DNA from: an uncultured candidatus Porisulfidus sp.
Lineage (GTDB): Bacteria > Pseudomonadota > Gammaproteobacteria > Poriferisulfidales > Poriferisulfidaceae
Direction of reading: 5' to 3'
DNA: 64,000 bases
Assembly: GCA_958431155.1 (NCBI GenBank)
Contig: OY288106.1
Location: 717,161 to 781,160, forward strand
Shown piece after piece: positions 33,001 to 42,512 of this stretch (position 1 is the stretch's first letter; the number at the start of each line of letters is the position of its first letter). Made by a program: the position numbers and the translations under genes. Below the pieces are notes generated by a model, which saw nothing but the letters and a program-made list of their open reading frames with translations, searched no databases and was not told the DNA's origin.

Positions 33001-33748
33001 ACTGGGCTTCAGCCCGCATGTGCAAACTTGCCGGCAATCGCTCCGCCAATGACCGCGCATCGTCCGGGAGCCAAGGCATCAACTGCGCCAACCGCACGCG
33101 TTCGACCCGGAGCACCCCATTCCCCGAATGCATGGGACTGAACTCCGCCTGCAACTCGAAACCGAATTCGCCCGATCTCTCGACTTGATTGCGCGCCAGC
33201 ACCTCGATCCCCCATAGGCCGGTCGCCATGTCCATGTCCACTTCTCCCAGATCCAACTGGGTGCCGGTTTTCTGGTCGTGCAGTACGGTAGCCATCCCCC
33301 GCAAGCGGACATCGTCGACAGGCAGATCCAGACCCGGTCCAAGTTGTCCCACGGACATGCCTTCCAATCCCCAGCCCCCATCTTCCAGGCGCTGCAGTCG
33401 AATCGTGCCGCCAGTCACGGAAATACGTTCCGGAATCAGGGACAGGGAAAACAGGCTTTTGAGCAAATCAAGGTTGAACGCCACTTGGCCGAAGCGGTGT
33501 ACGGTCTCCGTACCTTCGAATTTCAATGTCACGTCGTCCAGAATGATGGCAGGATAGACTCCCCGCCACTCGCTCACGGCCTGCCCGATCTCCATTCGCA
33601 CCTCGAAGGCCTCGGAGGCCCAGCGACTCAGAAGAGGGTGGACATCGTCCAACGTCAGCAAAACGACACGCAATGAGGTCGAGATTAATGCCAGCGCCGC
33701 CAGGATCGACACGAGCGCCAGGCCCAAGTAGCTGCCGAGTTTCTTCAT
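30047..33748 (-). CDS. yhdP: YhdP (AsmA-like lipid-bridge protein)
   Basis: About 1230 aa, N-terminal TM, RLSLDFDDV and YRVTGPWSDP C-terminal motifs; next to maf. Confidence 0.88.
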   Translation of the reverse strand: MKKLGSYLGLALVSILAALALISTSLRVVLLTLDDVHPLLSRWASEAFEVRMEIGQAVSEWRGVYPAIILDDVTLKFEGTETVHRFGQVAFNLDLLKSLFSLSLIPERISVTGGTIRLQRLEDGGWGLEGMSVGQLGPGLDLPVDDVRLRGMATVLHDQKTGTQLDLGEVDMDMATGLWGIEVLARNQVERSGEFGFELQAEFSPMHSGNGVLRVERVRLAQLMPWLPDDARSLAERLPASLHMRAEAQLVWETQVPQLAGVWVELEQPRAENADWEKMTAALKWRTLEEGYAVALEQLKLDQHAVADGVYVEHGEEFTRGYLTSLDITLARRVAEVVGYRMEDFLPGSIRSGMLSRSSGEIHWRSPLRYRIHAGMEGLEISMPEGDFLLTGLDGTVNGSEQGIRLSLDSENLAVSYAPWSLDAFRPGLTKFQLDWWPTEDCCAFKLANLQMSNPAFRLRGDISMGAGEPRWLYADIGIENADLPTVSQWVPPDLLLEADDRWVRSAFKAGRLSGARLRLGGPLSNEMFAAAGSELTLDGRLYEVDVDYEPGLPMFEDMNGEVFLDKESLHVIVHKAKIKGSTMSHGALRIDDLSLMDLYSSSVVNGPVSDVPEFLEMVEWMAPTFNRTLKFRGDSTLDLQLNIPLDGRLAHETSAKGILNLHGNRLDILANDSYLDKIKGEMRYQNEALTASLDAQFMGRPARIGLETAKSGDLQIKMQASASLKDYMPQEIRPTFSWLKGHSAWNLVLLLPGVTEKSQRKHLTIFGSSDFRGVEVDLPKPLNKPKKSEQPLEVKADIEFNGQVDLAIKYAEQARARIRMTPDGAASGTINLGSKMPPAPSDSKLRLTGSLPETSLQDWADWKERRAGQGGLWPEISSLKLGRLKVFSLEVSDAKVSARFTEESDQFAIDAPAIRGMVDLPEGEGKPARGAFEWLRVSAEQLETMADVEGTDYDPQNLPPLDLKFKLLHIGPYELHDATLETSPGDRRANIDRLQAKSHKFNMDLGGYWSLEKGKHLTLLRGTAHTEDLHKTLNHWSVKNPLRKGVIDMDMALQWAGAPHDYEFKHLQGYIDIKGKDGRIRNVAPEFARILALLNLEMIFERLSLDFDDVVRGGFTYQTAEGKFDFLQGNLNTSEFRIIGPSAQFLIVGRIGVEDEDYDLVVVATPETSVLIPAIGAVGGPIGIAGAYLGTKVLEWLGLGIDDATAVTYRVTGPWSDPIIEEVTDSESESKQ

Positions 33749-33880
33749 CAGCCTAGGGTGGAGGGGATCGGGTGATGTGGTGTGCGGAGTTGATTCTATG
33801 GCGCGCACGAATATACGGCGGCCAATGAGAGTCGATATTGTAAGAGGGAACGTTGAATTGGCACAAGGAACGAAACGAAA

Positions 33881-34471
33881 TCATTGTGGCGGTGTCTCTT
33901 CAAGATTTTGAAGAATGCCGAATCCGGACAATACCGAACAGGTTTCATCCAAAGGCAGCCCGACCACGTTGGTGTAACTGCCGCGGACTTCCCGCACCTG
34001 GCTCCCTGCCCGGCCCTGAATCGCGTAGCCTCCCGCTTTGTCTTTCGGTTCCCCACTCGCCCAATACGCCTCGATCCATGCCGGCGACAAATCTCCAAAT
34101 ACAACTGTCGTTACGCAATGAAAAACCTTCTCATGGTCTTCCGACATTACGCAAACACCACTGACCACTTCGTGGGAAGCACCACTGAATTCCCTCATCA
34201 TCGACACGTAATCCTCGCGATCCCTGGGTTTGCCCCGAGGCTCACCCCGGCACAAAACCACGGTATCTGCCGCCAGCACCACAGCTCCCGGATGCTCTTG
34301 CAGGCAAGCCGCGGCCTTGTCATGCGCCAGCCGAATTACCAGCGTAATACCGTCTTCTCCCGGGTGAGGCGATTCGTCTATCGAGACCGGATGTGGTTCA
34401 AATTCCAGCCCGGCCACGCGAAGCAGGTCGGCCCGCCTCGGCGAAGCCGAAGCCAGAATCAGACGACTCAT
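33881..34471 (-). CDS. maf: Maf nucleoside triphosphate pyrophosphatase
   Basis: LILASASPRR, ADTVV, GKP, DKAGGYAIQG, NVVGLP. Confidence 0.95.
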   Translation of the reverse strand: MSRLILASASPRRADLLRVAGLEFEPHPVSIDESPHPGEDGITLVIRLAHDKAAACLQEHPGAVVLAADTVVLCRGEPRGKPRDREDYVSMMREFSGASHEVVSGVCVMSEDHEKVFHCVTTVVFGDLSPAWIEAYWASGEPKDKAGGYAIQGRAGSQVREVRGSYTNVVGLPLDETCSVLSGFGILQNLEETPPQ

Positions 34472-34815
34472 TGACCAGCGCTGGCGCGCACTTCAGCGGG
34501 CGGGACCGACCAAAGTTTCTCCAAAGCGTACAACTGGCGGGTTTCCGGCAGCATGACATGCACCACTACGTCCCCCACGTCCAGCAACACCCAGTCGCGA
34601 CTGCACTCTTCGGACACCCTGCCCATACGGGCATCGCGCACTCTCTCCACCACCCGGTCCGCGATGCTGCGCACATGCCGGTCCGAGCGTCCGCTTGCGA
34701 CAACCATATAGATTGCGATCGTCGTTTTATCTCGGACGTCCAGTACTACCGTTTCTTCGGCCTTCATGTCGTCCAACGCGTCAACCACCAGCTGCCTGAG
34801 CGCATCGGCCTCCAT
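34468..34815 (-). CDS. rsfS: Ribosome silencing factor
   Basis: ALDDMKA, ASGRSDRHV, WVLLDVGDVVVHVM, YALEKLW. Confidence 0.92.
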   Translation of the reverse strand: MEADALRQLVVDALDDMKAEETVVLDVRDKTTIAIYMVVASGRSDRHVRSIADRVVERVRDARMGRVSEECSRDWVLLDVGDVVVHVMLPETRQLYALEKLWSVPPAEVRASAGQ

Positions 34816-34844
34816 GCGGGAATCAGCCTCCGGCAGCATCCCAC

Positions 34845-35462
34845 TCAGTCGAAGTACAGACGATTGCGACGGATATAGGCCCACACGGAGCCTGGGACAG
34901 AATAACGCGGTGACGTTCCGGCACGGATGAGGTCGCGAACCTGAGTAGACGAGAAATCGTACAAAGTCCCTTGATGCAGGTAAATCCTACCATAGGGCGA
35001 TTGCTGCAGGGCCTCGGGATCCGAGGTGCAGCGCGAAGCCCACGAATCCGGCAGTGACGCTCCCAATTCACCGCCCGATCGCGCGATGGCGGCCACATGG
35101 CACAACTGGATCAATTCCTCCGCCCGATGCCAAGACGGCAGCCCCTCCAGTGAGTCTGCCCCGACCAGCAGGCACAGGGGGACCGGATCCTCGCTCTTCA
35201 GCGAACACAGCGTGTCGTAGGTGTAGGAGGGATCCGAACTCTTGAGCTCCCGATCATCCGCCACCAGTTTCACGCCGTCCGCCACCAGCCGCACCATGTT
35301 CCAGCGATGCTCCGCAGAGGCGTGCGGCACGGCGCGGTGCACCGGACGACCGCATGGAATCAAGCGGACCTCCGTCAGGCCCAGAATCGGCATCAATTCC
35401 AGCGCAGGCCGGTAGTGCCCAAAATGGATAGGATCGAATAGTCCGCCGAGAATGCCGCGCAT
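34845..35462 (-). CDS. nadD: Nicotinate-nucleotide adenylyltransferase
   Basis: GGLFDPIHFGH, SYTYDTL, GADS, SSTQVR. Confidence 0.94.
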   Translation of the reverse strand: MRGILGGLFDPIHFGHYRPALELMPILGLTEVRLIPCGRPVHRAVPHASAEHRWNMVRLVADGVKLVADDRELKSSDPSYTYDTLCSLKSEDPVPLCLLVGADSLEGLPSWHRAEELIQLCHVAAIARSGGELGASLPDSWASRCTSDPEALQQSPYGRIYLHQGTLYDFSSTQVRDLIRAGTSPRYSVPGSVWAYIRRNRLYFD

Positions 35463-35466
35463 TGGA

Positions 35467-37254
35467 TCAGAGCGACTCAATGTGCTGGATATTCAGCATG
35501 CACGACCGGTGGCCCTGGTATTCGTCCACGCCTAGTTCATACACCAGCCTGAACCGGGAGCTTTCCGGATTCCAGTCGAAGCGATCGTGAGAAAACGCCA
35601 TGGCCTTGACGCGGCGCTCCGGATGGCCCACCGGGTTGAGATGGAACCGAGTGTGCGCACCTTTGAAGGTCTTGCTTTCCTGAACCTCGAACTCGCCTTC
35701 AAACAGCGGTGGCAGGAAGTCCCGGCCCCAAGGGTGACCACGCACAGCGAACTCTGCATTCTCCAGCGTCAATTCTTCGCTGGCCAATTCACCGTCTGTC
35801 TCGATGGTCCGACTCGGCCGGCTGCCGCCCAGCGCCTTCGAGATCGCCTCTTCGAGCAGCCTCTGAAACCCCTCCAAGCCATCTTCCCGGAGGGTCAGCC
35901 CGACGGCCATCGCGTGACCCCCATAGCGTTGCATGAGGCCCGGTTCGGCCTGTTGGACATCGACCAGCGCGTCCCTGAGATTCAATCCCGAAACCGAACG
36001 CCCTGATCCTTTCAGAAGGTTGTCCTGGGTGCGGGCAAACACAATGGTCGGCAAGCCGTACTTCTCTTTGATGCGCGACGCAATGATCCCGACTACACCT
36101 TCATGCCAGTTGGGTCGATAGAGACACAGGCTCATTGTTTGCTCGGTCTCAAGCGACAACTGCTCAATCTCACGCAATGCTTCAGCATGCATCGACCCTT
36201 CCGCGTCGCGTCGCCGGGCATTGATTTGATCCAGTTGCTGGGCAAGATCGTGGGCCTCGACACGACCTTCCGCGAGAAGGCAGCGGATTCCGATCGCAAT
36301 GTCTTCCATTCTCCCGGCCGCATTGATGCGCGGCGCCACGGCGAAAGCCAGATCCGTGCTGCCGACCTGCCGGGGATCTCGCCTGCCGCAACGAAGGAGC
36401 GAAATAATACCGGGGGCACCCCGGCCTTGCCGGATGCACCGCAGTCCGTGCTCCACCAGAATCCGGTTATTCCGATCCAACGGCACCACGTCAGCGATCG
36501 TGCCCAGCGCCACCAAGTCCAGAAACTGGGCCATGTTCGGCATCTCAATGCCATTCCTGGCAAACCACCCTTCCCCCTCCAAACGTTGGCGCAAGGCCAG
36601 CATCACGTAGAACATCACTCCGACACCAGCGAGCGCCGTGCTTGCGAAACTGTCGGGCGGGCTGTTCGGATTGACGATGCAGTCGGCCTCCGGCAGATCG
36701 TCTCCCGGCAGGTGGTGATCGGTGATCAGCACCCGGATGCCGCGCTTGCGGGCCTCCGCAACCGCTGCCTGACTCGACATGCCGTTGTCGACCGTCACGA
36801 TCAGGGCGGGGTTGCGCTGTTCGACCTCCTCCATCAGTTCCGGGCAAAATCCGTAGCCATGCCGGAAGCGATCCGGCACCAGGTAATCCACATGCTTGTA
36901 GCCCATCGCATGCAAGCTGCGTACCGCGACGGCCACGCCCGTTGCGCCATCCGCATCGTAATCGCCCACCAGAAGGACTCGCCCGTCCTCGCGCATCACG
37001 GAATACAGCAATTCTGCGGCCTGGATGCAGGCCGGAAATTCGTTGACCGGATGCAATTGCCGCAATGACAGCTCGAGCTCGCTCGGATCAGTGATTCCGC
37101 GTTGGGCAAATACCCGCCTCTGCAACAGCGGCAGGATCCGAAGCGCATCCAGTGCCTCAGGAGATGCGCTCCTGCGGACGATTTTGGGCTGAGGTTTGGT
37201 GTTCAAAAAAACTCGTGCGGCTCCATGCGTGTCCTGTCTCAGAGCGCTTTCCAC
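35467..37254 (-). CDS. recJ: ssDNA exonuclease RecJ (start uncertain)
   Basis: GDYDADG, TVDNG, TDHH, APRINAAGR, GGHAMA. Confidence 0.95.
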   Translation of the reverse strand: MESALRQDTHGAARVFLNTKPQPKIVRRSASPEALDALRILPLLQRRVFAQRGITDPSELELSLRQLHPVNEFPACIQAAELLYSVMREDGRVLLVGDYDADGATGVAVAVRSLHAMGYKHVDYLVPDRFRHGYGFCPELMEEVEQRNPALIVTVDNGMSSQAAVAEARKRGIRVLITDHHLPGDDLPEADCIVNPNSPPDSFASTALAGVGVMFYVMLALRQRLEGEGWFARNGIEMPNMAQFLDLVALGTIADVVPLDRNNRILVEHGLRCIRQGRGAPGIISLLRCGRRDPRQVGSTDLAFAVAPRINAAGRMEDIAIGIRCLLAEGRVEAHDLAQQLDQINARRRDAEGSMHAEALREIEQLSLETEQTMSLCLYRPNWHEGVVGIIASRIKEKYGLPTIVFARTQDNLLKGSGRSVSGLNLRDALVDVQQAEPGLMQRYGGHAMAVGLTLREDGLEGFQRLLEEAISKALGGSRPSRTIETDGELASEELTLENAEFAVRGHPWGRDFLPPLFEGEFEVQESKTFKGAHTRFHLNPVGHPERRVKAMAFSHDRFDWNPESSRFRLVYELGVDEYQGHRSCMLNIQHIESL

Positions 37255-37355
37255 AGGACAGACCGCATGGTGGAATTTTACAGGATTCCTTTTCCTCCTT
37301 CTTTCTCTTACTCAAGTCGGCCTCCTTGCTAAAATTGCAACTCAGGCTCGTATTC

Positions 37356-38771
37356 ATGACCGAAAAAATCCTGTTTCTGACTGGGCGGCTTGCCGAACGG
37401 AGCCTGCACCACGTACTGGAATCCATGCAACCGACGGAATTCGACTACGAGGTTCGCCAAGTCGGCGCGAGCGTTGCCGCGCTGATGACCCCGAAACTGA
37501 TCCAGAAACGGCTTGAACTCCCGCCGGAAATCGACCGTATTCTCCTGCCCGGCCGGGTGCGCGGAGACCTGGAACCACTGGAAGCGCAATTCGGAGTGCC
37601 GGTCGAGCGCGGCCCTGATGAACTCAAGGATCTCCCTACTTATTTTGGCCGAGCCGCGATGGCCGAGGACCTGACCCGCTACGATGTCCGAATCTTCGCT
37701 GAAATCACCGAAGCACCCAATCTCAGTCTGGATGCCATCCTGGCCGAGGCCCGCCGCTATCAGAAAGACGGCGCCGACATCATCGATGTCGGTTGCCTGC
37801 CGGGAGTGGAGTTCCCGCATCTGACCGAAACCGTGCAGATGCTGAAACAGGAAGACTTCGTGGTGAGCGTCGATTCGCTGGAGACGCAGGACCTGATCAC
37901 CGGCGGACAGGCGGGGGCGGACTTCCTCCTGAGTTTGAGATCGGACACTCTATGGGTCGCCGACGAAGTCGAGTCCATCCCCGTGCTCATCGCCGACAAC
38001 AACACGGATCTCGACTCCCTATATTCCTGCATCGAACACTGCCTGGAGAAAGACCAGCCGTTTCTCGCCGACCCTATTCTCGATCCCATCCACTTCGGCT
38101 GCGCCGACTCGATTGCTCGCTATGTCGATCTTCGACGCCGTTATCCGGACATCCAGATCATGATGGGAATCGGCAACCTGACTGAGCTGACTCATGCGGA
38201 TACGGCCGGCATGAATGCCCTGCTGTTCGGCCTGATCTCCGAACTGAACATTCAGTATGCGCTGACCACCCAAGTCAGCGAGCACTGCCGAACCTCGCTG
38301 CGCGAAGCGGATCGCGCCCGTCGAATTATGCGGGCCGCGGCCGCGCACGGGATTCCCCCAAAAGGGATCGACGACCAGTTGATGATGTTGCACGAACGGC
38401 ATCCTTTCCCGTACAGCCCGGAGGAAATCGCCGAATTCGCTGCCCAAGTGAAAGACCCCAATTTCCGGATTCGGGTCGCCGAAGACGGCGTTCACCTGTA
38501 CAATCGGGACGGCGAATTGATTCATACGGACCCGCTTGACTTCTACCCGGACCTGGACCTGGACGACGATCCCGGGCACCTGTTCTACCTAGGCATCGAA
38601 CTGACACGAGCCCAGATCGCATGGCAGCTTGGCAAACGTTATGAGCAGGACGAGGAATTCCTGTGGGGCTGTGCCGTAACGGAATCTTTCAAGGACCTGT
38701 CGGCATTCAGGGAAGTCGGCCCTACCCGCCAAAAGCACAAGGATAAGATCAAACATAGGAAGTCGTCCTAA
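37356..38771 (+). CDS. Dihydropteroate-synthase-like methanopterin biosynthesis protein (Orf20/DUF6513 type)
   Basis: LFLTGRLAE, VERGPDELKDLP, GADIIDVG, DPILDPIHFG, AWQLGKRYEQD. Confidence 0.82.
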   Translation: MTEKILFLTGRLAERSLHHVLESMQPTEFDYEVRQVGASVAALMTPKLIQKRLELPPEIDRILLPGRVRGDLEPLEAQFGVPVERGPDELKDLPTYFGRAAMAEDLTRYDVRIFAEITEAPNLSLDAILAEARRYQKDGADIIDVGCLPGVEFPHLTETVQMLKQEDFVVSVDSLETQDLITGGQAGADFLLSLRSDTLWVADEVESIPVLIADNNTDLDSLYSCIEHCLEKDQPFLADPILDPIHFGCADSIARYVDLRRRYPDIQIMMGIGNLTELTHADTAGMNALLFGLISELNIQYALTTQVSEHCRTSLREADRARRIMRAAAAHGIPPKGIDDQLMMLHERHPFPYSPEEIAEFAAQVKDPNFRIRVAEDGVHLYNRDGELIHTDPLDFYPDLDLDDDPGHLFYLGIELTRAQIAWQLGKRYEQDEEFLWGCAVTESFKDLSAFREVGPTRQKHKDKIKHRKSS

Positions 38772-39346
38772 TGCCAAAAATCCTGGAAAGCATCGTGACG
38801 ACACGCGGTGCCGACGATCAGACGCACATTGCGCCGATGGGGGTGCATTGCCTTGACCGAAGACTGCTGCTCAAGCCGTTCCGGCCTTCGCAGACCTTGG
38901 AGAATCTGCAGCGGGAAGGTTGCGCGGTCGTGAATCGCCCGGATGATATCCGCGTCTATGCCGGGTGCCTGACCGGACGCTACGAGTGGCCTCTGACCAG
39001 CGCCGACATCATACCCTGCCAACGACTGGCAGATTGCCTGTCGCATGCGGAAGTGGAAGTGGAAAGTTTCGACGACGATCCTGTACGCCCTACCTTTACC
39101 TGCAAGATCGTTCATGAAGAGGCCCATGCCCCGTTCCAAGGCTACAACCGGGCACAAGCGGCTGTCATTGAGCTGGCCATTCTGGTCAGCCGATTGGGCC
39201 GACTAACGGATGAGAAAATCCGCAGTGAAATTGAGTATCTGGAAATCGCGATCGAGAAAACCGCTGGAGAAATCGAACTGGAAGCATGGGATTGGCTTAT
39301 GGAACGCGTCGACGAGCACTTAGCGCCTAAAGAGGCTGCATCATGA
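38771..39346 (+). CDS. DUF447 family protein (H4MPT-linked clusters)
   Basis: ESIVTT, HIAPMG, PFRPSQTLENL, NRAQAAVIE, IAIEKTAG. Confidence 0.8.
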   Translation: MPKILESIVTTRGADDQTHIAPMGVHCLDRRLLLKPFRPSQTLENLQREGCAVVNRPDDIRVYAGCLTGRYEWPLTSADIIPCQRLADCLSHAEVEVESFDDDPVRPTFTCKIVHEEAHAPFQGYNRAQAAVIELAILVSRLGRLTDEKIRSEIEYLEIAIEKTAGEIELEAWDWLMERVDEHLAPKEAAS

Positions 39347-40089
39347 CCCGTATCCTTGGAAGTGTGCGCAACCCTCAGGAGGCAGAACTACTGCTCCAGA
39401 CCCCGGTCGCAATTCTGGACTTAAAGGATCCTGCCCGAGGAGCACTGGGAGCAGCAGACCCCTTGGCAGTCCGCCAAGTCGTAGACCAGGTCCAGGGCCG
39501 GCGTCACGTCAGCGCAGCGGCTGGTTCGGCAGATGACGGGGATGTGCTGGAGCAGGCCCGTCGATTGTCTCTGGAAGGCGTCGATTTCGTCAAGATCGGG
39601 TTTTCCCGCCTATCCCAGCAAGTCCTGCTGCCCGAATTCCGGGCAGCTATCATGGCCCCGGCCCAGGCTGTCGCGGTACTGTTTGCGGACAGTCCGGAAA
39701 TCGACCCGATGCAGTGGGTCGGGCCGGCCCGCATGGCGGGCTTTGCCGGTCTGATGCTGGACACCGCCGACAAGCATTCCGGGCCGCTGGACCGACACAT
39801 GGATTTGGCACAGGTGGCAGACTGGGTGCGAGTGACCAAAGAATCAGGACTGCTGTGCGGGCTGGCCGGCCGGTTGGATGCCGAATCCGCCCGGTGTTTC
39901 CTGTCCGCCCGTCCGGATTACCTAGGTTTTCGAAGCGCCTTGTGCAACCGTTCCGTCAGGACCGAGCCGATCTGCCTGGAGACGACTTTCAGGTTGCTCG
40001 AAGCTCTGCGTGAATCCAGTGCCGAATTGCCGGATCTGCCGCCTATGGGCGACATGCATTTCCCCTTGGCTCCTGGTCACGTACTGTAA
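39343..40089 (+). CDS. MfnB-like (5-formylfuran-3-yl)methyl phosphate synthase (DUF556)
   Basis: ILDLKDPARGALGA, DFVKIG, MLDTADK, GLAGRL, PDYLGFRSALC. Confidence 0.82.
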   Translation: MTRILGSVRNPQEAELLLQTPVAILDLKDPARGALGAADPLAVRQVVDQVQGRRHVSAAAGSADDGDVLEQARRLSLEGVDFVKIGFSRLSQQVLLPEFRAAIMAPAQAVAVLFADSPEIDPMQWVGPARMAGFAGLMLDTADKHSGPLDRHMDLAQVADWVRVTKESGLLCGLAGRLDAESARCFLSARPDYLGFRSALCNRSVRTEPICLETTFRLLEALRESSAELPDLPPMGDMHFPLAPGHVL

Positions 40090-40114
40090 GCCGTCCCGAT
40101 GAAGCTATTCCGGT

Positions 40115-41665
40115 CTATCGGGGGTCCCTTGGAAAATCCCAATATACCCGCTTTTCAGGCCGATAGAAGCAAAGCGTAAGAATCAGCAAAGACAGAACAG
40201 CAAAGGGCCATTCTCCAAATTGAACATACGGAGTCATTCCCTCGCGGGGCTGTACCTCGCCCTCCAAGATTGCGGTTTCAAACTGAGGGGCAGACGCCCG
40301 GAGAGTCCCGTCTGCGTCGATAATCGCAGTTACGCCAGTACTCGCAACCCGGAGGAGTTCCCGGGCAGTCTCCGCAGCGCGTACCCGGCTTGATTCCAGA
40401 TGCTGCCATGGTGCCCGGCTCGCCCCGAACCATGCATCATTGCTCACGTTCACCAGGTAGGCCGCCTCCGGAAAAGACAGACGGGTAATAGACGGGTAAA
40501 CCGATTCATAGCAGATGGTTACCCCGACCGGGTTGCCGTGCACCTGTAGCAGGGGTCGGCCTTCGGCAGGCTGCAATGCGCGCATCCTGAAATGAATCAT
40601 CCGATACAGCGGGCCGAGCCAGTCTTCCAGCGGAGAATATTCCCCGAAGGGTACCAGTCGGCGTTTTCCGTAACGCTGGCCGGTCTTGATGTTCATCAGC
40701 CCGTTGTGCGGACCGGATTGATCTTCCTCGCGATAGAAAACACCGGCGAGCAGGGTGGTGTCGGTGCCCAGAACTTCATCTTGAATATTTTCATAGAAAC
40801 CCTCTATTTGACTGTAATACAATGGAATTGCAGCTTCTGGCCAGATGATCAGAGGAGTCTCTCCTGCGTGTTTAGTCAAATCCCGGTAAGTCTCCTTGAT
40901 GAATCCCAAGTTTTGCGCCCGCCAGCGCAGGTCCTGGCTCAGATTGGGCTGAATCATGGCGACTTTGGTCGATTCCCCAGACGGCGTACTCCACATGCTC
41001 CAGGCGATCGGACGCAGCATTTCTCCGCCCGCGACGATCAGCGCCACAGCGCCCAACCAGACTGCCTGCATGGAGAACGGCCGGCGCAGCCACGCCGCTG
41101 TCCATCCTGCCGCCAGCAGGAGCATCAACCCGGCCCCATGCACTCCCAGCAGCGGCAAGTAGCTGGCCCAGGGGCTATCTAAGCTCCCCTGCCCGATCAG
41201 TACCCAAGGGAATCCGGTGAGCAGCGTTCCGCGCAACCATTCCGCCGCTGCCAGCAACACGGCCGCGCCAGTTAAACGTTTTACGCCTTTTGGCAAAAAG
41301 CATGCGGCCAGCCATGCCGCCAACATCGGATACAAAGACAAATACAGCACCAGAACCGCAGCAAGCGAGACGGCCAGCCACAGCGGCGTGCTGGCATAGT
41401 GGTAGAGGCTGTAGTAGACCCAATAGACCCCGAAACCGAAGTATCCAAGACCGAACAATCCGCCCCGCTTCGCGGCCGTCGCGGCCGTACCCGAGTGGAG
41501 CGTGCAGAAGAAAAGAACCAGTCCGGCCCAAAGTGCCGGACGGAAAGCGTATGGGGCAAACCCAAACGAAGCGATCATGCCGCTCGCCAGAGCACTGGCG
41601 TGACCCCACGGCAACCTGCCAAGTCCACGCCAAAGCCTAAGTGGACCGGACATATTCACGTTCAC
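40115..41665 (-). CDS. lnt: Apolipoprotein N-acyltransferase
   Basis: LTGFPW, IWPEAA, KRRLVPFGEY, ICYE, SNDAWF. Confidence 0.95.
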   Translation of the reverse strand: MNVNMSGPLRLWRGLGRLPWGHASALASGMIASFGFAPYAFRPALWAGLVLFFCTLHSGTAATAAKRGGLFGLGYFGFGVYWVYYSLYHYASTPLWLAVSLAAVLVLYLSLYPMLAAWLAACFLPKGVKRLTGAAVLLAAAEWLRGTLLTGFPWVLIGQGSLDSPWASYLPLLGVHGAGLMLLLAAGWTAAWLRRPFSMQAVWLGAVALIVAGGEMLRPIAWSMWSTPSGESTKVAMIQPNLSQDLRWRAQNLGFIKETYRDLTKHAGETPLIIWPEAAIPLYYSQIEGFYENIQDEVLGTDTTLLAGVFYREEDQSGPHNGLMNIKTGQRYGKRRLVPFGEYSPLEDWLGPLYRMIHFRMRALQPAEGRPLLQVHGNPVGVTICYESVYPSITRLSFPEAAYLVNVSNDAWFGASRAPWQHLESSRVRAAETARELLRVASTGVTAIIDADGTLRASAPQFETAILEGEVQPREGMTPYVQFGEWPFAVLSLLILTLCFYRPEKRVYWDFPRDPR

Positions 41666-41666
41666 A

Positions 41667-42512
41667 TTACCTTCTGGACGGTGCCTGAGACACGTCCAGC
41701 AAGCGGATTCTCCGGTCCGAAACCCTCACCACCGTGAACATGAATCTTTCGATCTCGACTCGTTCCTCGATTGCGGGGAGGTGGCCGATCCTTTTCAGCA
41801 CAAGCCCTCCGATGGTTTCCTGGCCCACCGGGTCCAAAGAAGATTTGAAATACCGATTGAAGTCTGCGATCGGCACAGTTGCGTTCACCTCGTGGTGCCC
41901 TTCCCCGACGGCGCGAATCGACGGCGATTCCATTTCCCGGTCATGCTCGTCCTCAATTTCGCCGACAATCTCTTCCAGAACATCTTCGATTGTCACCAGA
42001 CCCGCCGCTTCCCCATATTCGTTGATTACGATACCCATATGGCTGCGTTTATGCTGAAAGTCCCGCAGCAACAAACTGAGTCGTTTGCTTTCCGGCAATG
42101 TGTGGGGGGGCAACATCATGTCTTTAATCGAGAAGTCCCGATCCGTGGCACCTACCCAAGTTAGTACGTCTTTGGCCAATAAAATTCCCTCGACCACGCC
42201 GCGGTCGTCATCAATGACCGGATAGCGGGAATGGCCGTGCTGAATTATGCTTTCGATTACGTCCTCGCGCGACGCGTCAATCTGGATCACCTTCATCTCC
42301 GAACGCGGAATCATGATGTCCGACGCCCGCAACCGCGAAATATTGAAAGCCCCTTCGAGCATGTTGCGCAAGCTCTCGCTCAACAGGTCCCTCCAGTGGA
42401 ACTCCCGGATCAGGGTTCTCGCCTCATCCTGATTCTTCGGTTGCAGCCAAACCCTCCGCCACACCCACCGCCGGATGCGAGAGTCCAAGTTCCGCCAGAA
42501 TTTGATCTTCAT
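41667..42512 (-). CDS. corC: CBS/CorC-HlyC domain protein
   Basis: DIMIPR, HSRYPV, VTIEDVLEEIVGEIEDEHD; ybeY-lnt context. Confidence 0.9.
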   Translation of the reverse strand: MKIKFWRNLDSRIRRWVWRRVWLQPKNQDEARTLIREFHWRDLLSESLRNMLEGAFNISRLRASDIMIPRSEMKVIQIDASREDVIESIIQHGHSRYPVIDDDRGVVEGILLAKDVLTWVGATDRDFSIKDMMLPPHTLPESKRLSLLLRDFQHKRSHMGIVINEYGEAAGLVTIEDVLEEIVGEIEDEHDREMESPSIRAVGEGHHEVNATVPIADFNRYFKSSLDPVGQETIGGLVLKRIGHLPAIEERVEIERFMFTVVRVSDRRIRLLDVSQAPSRR

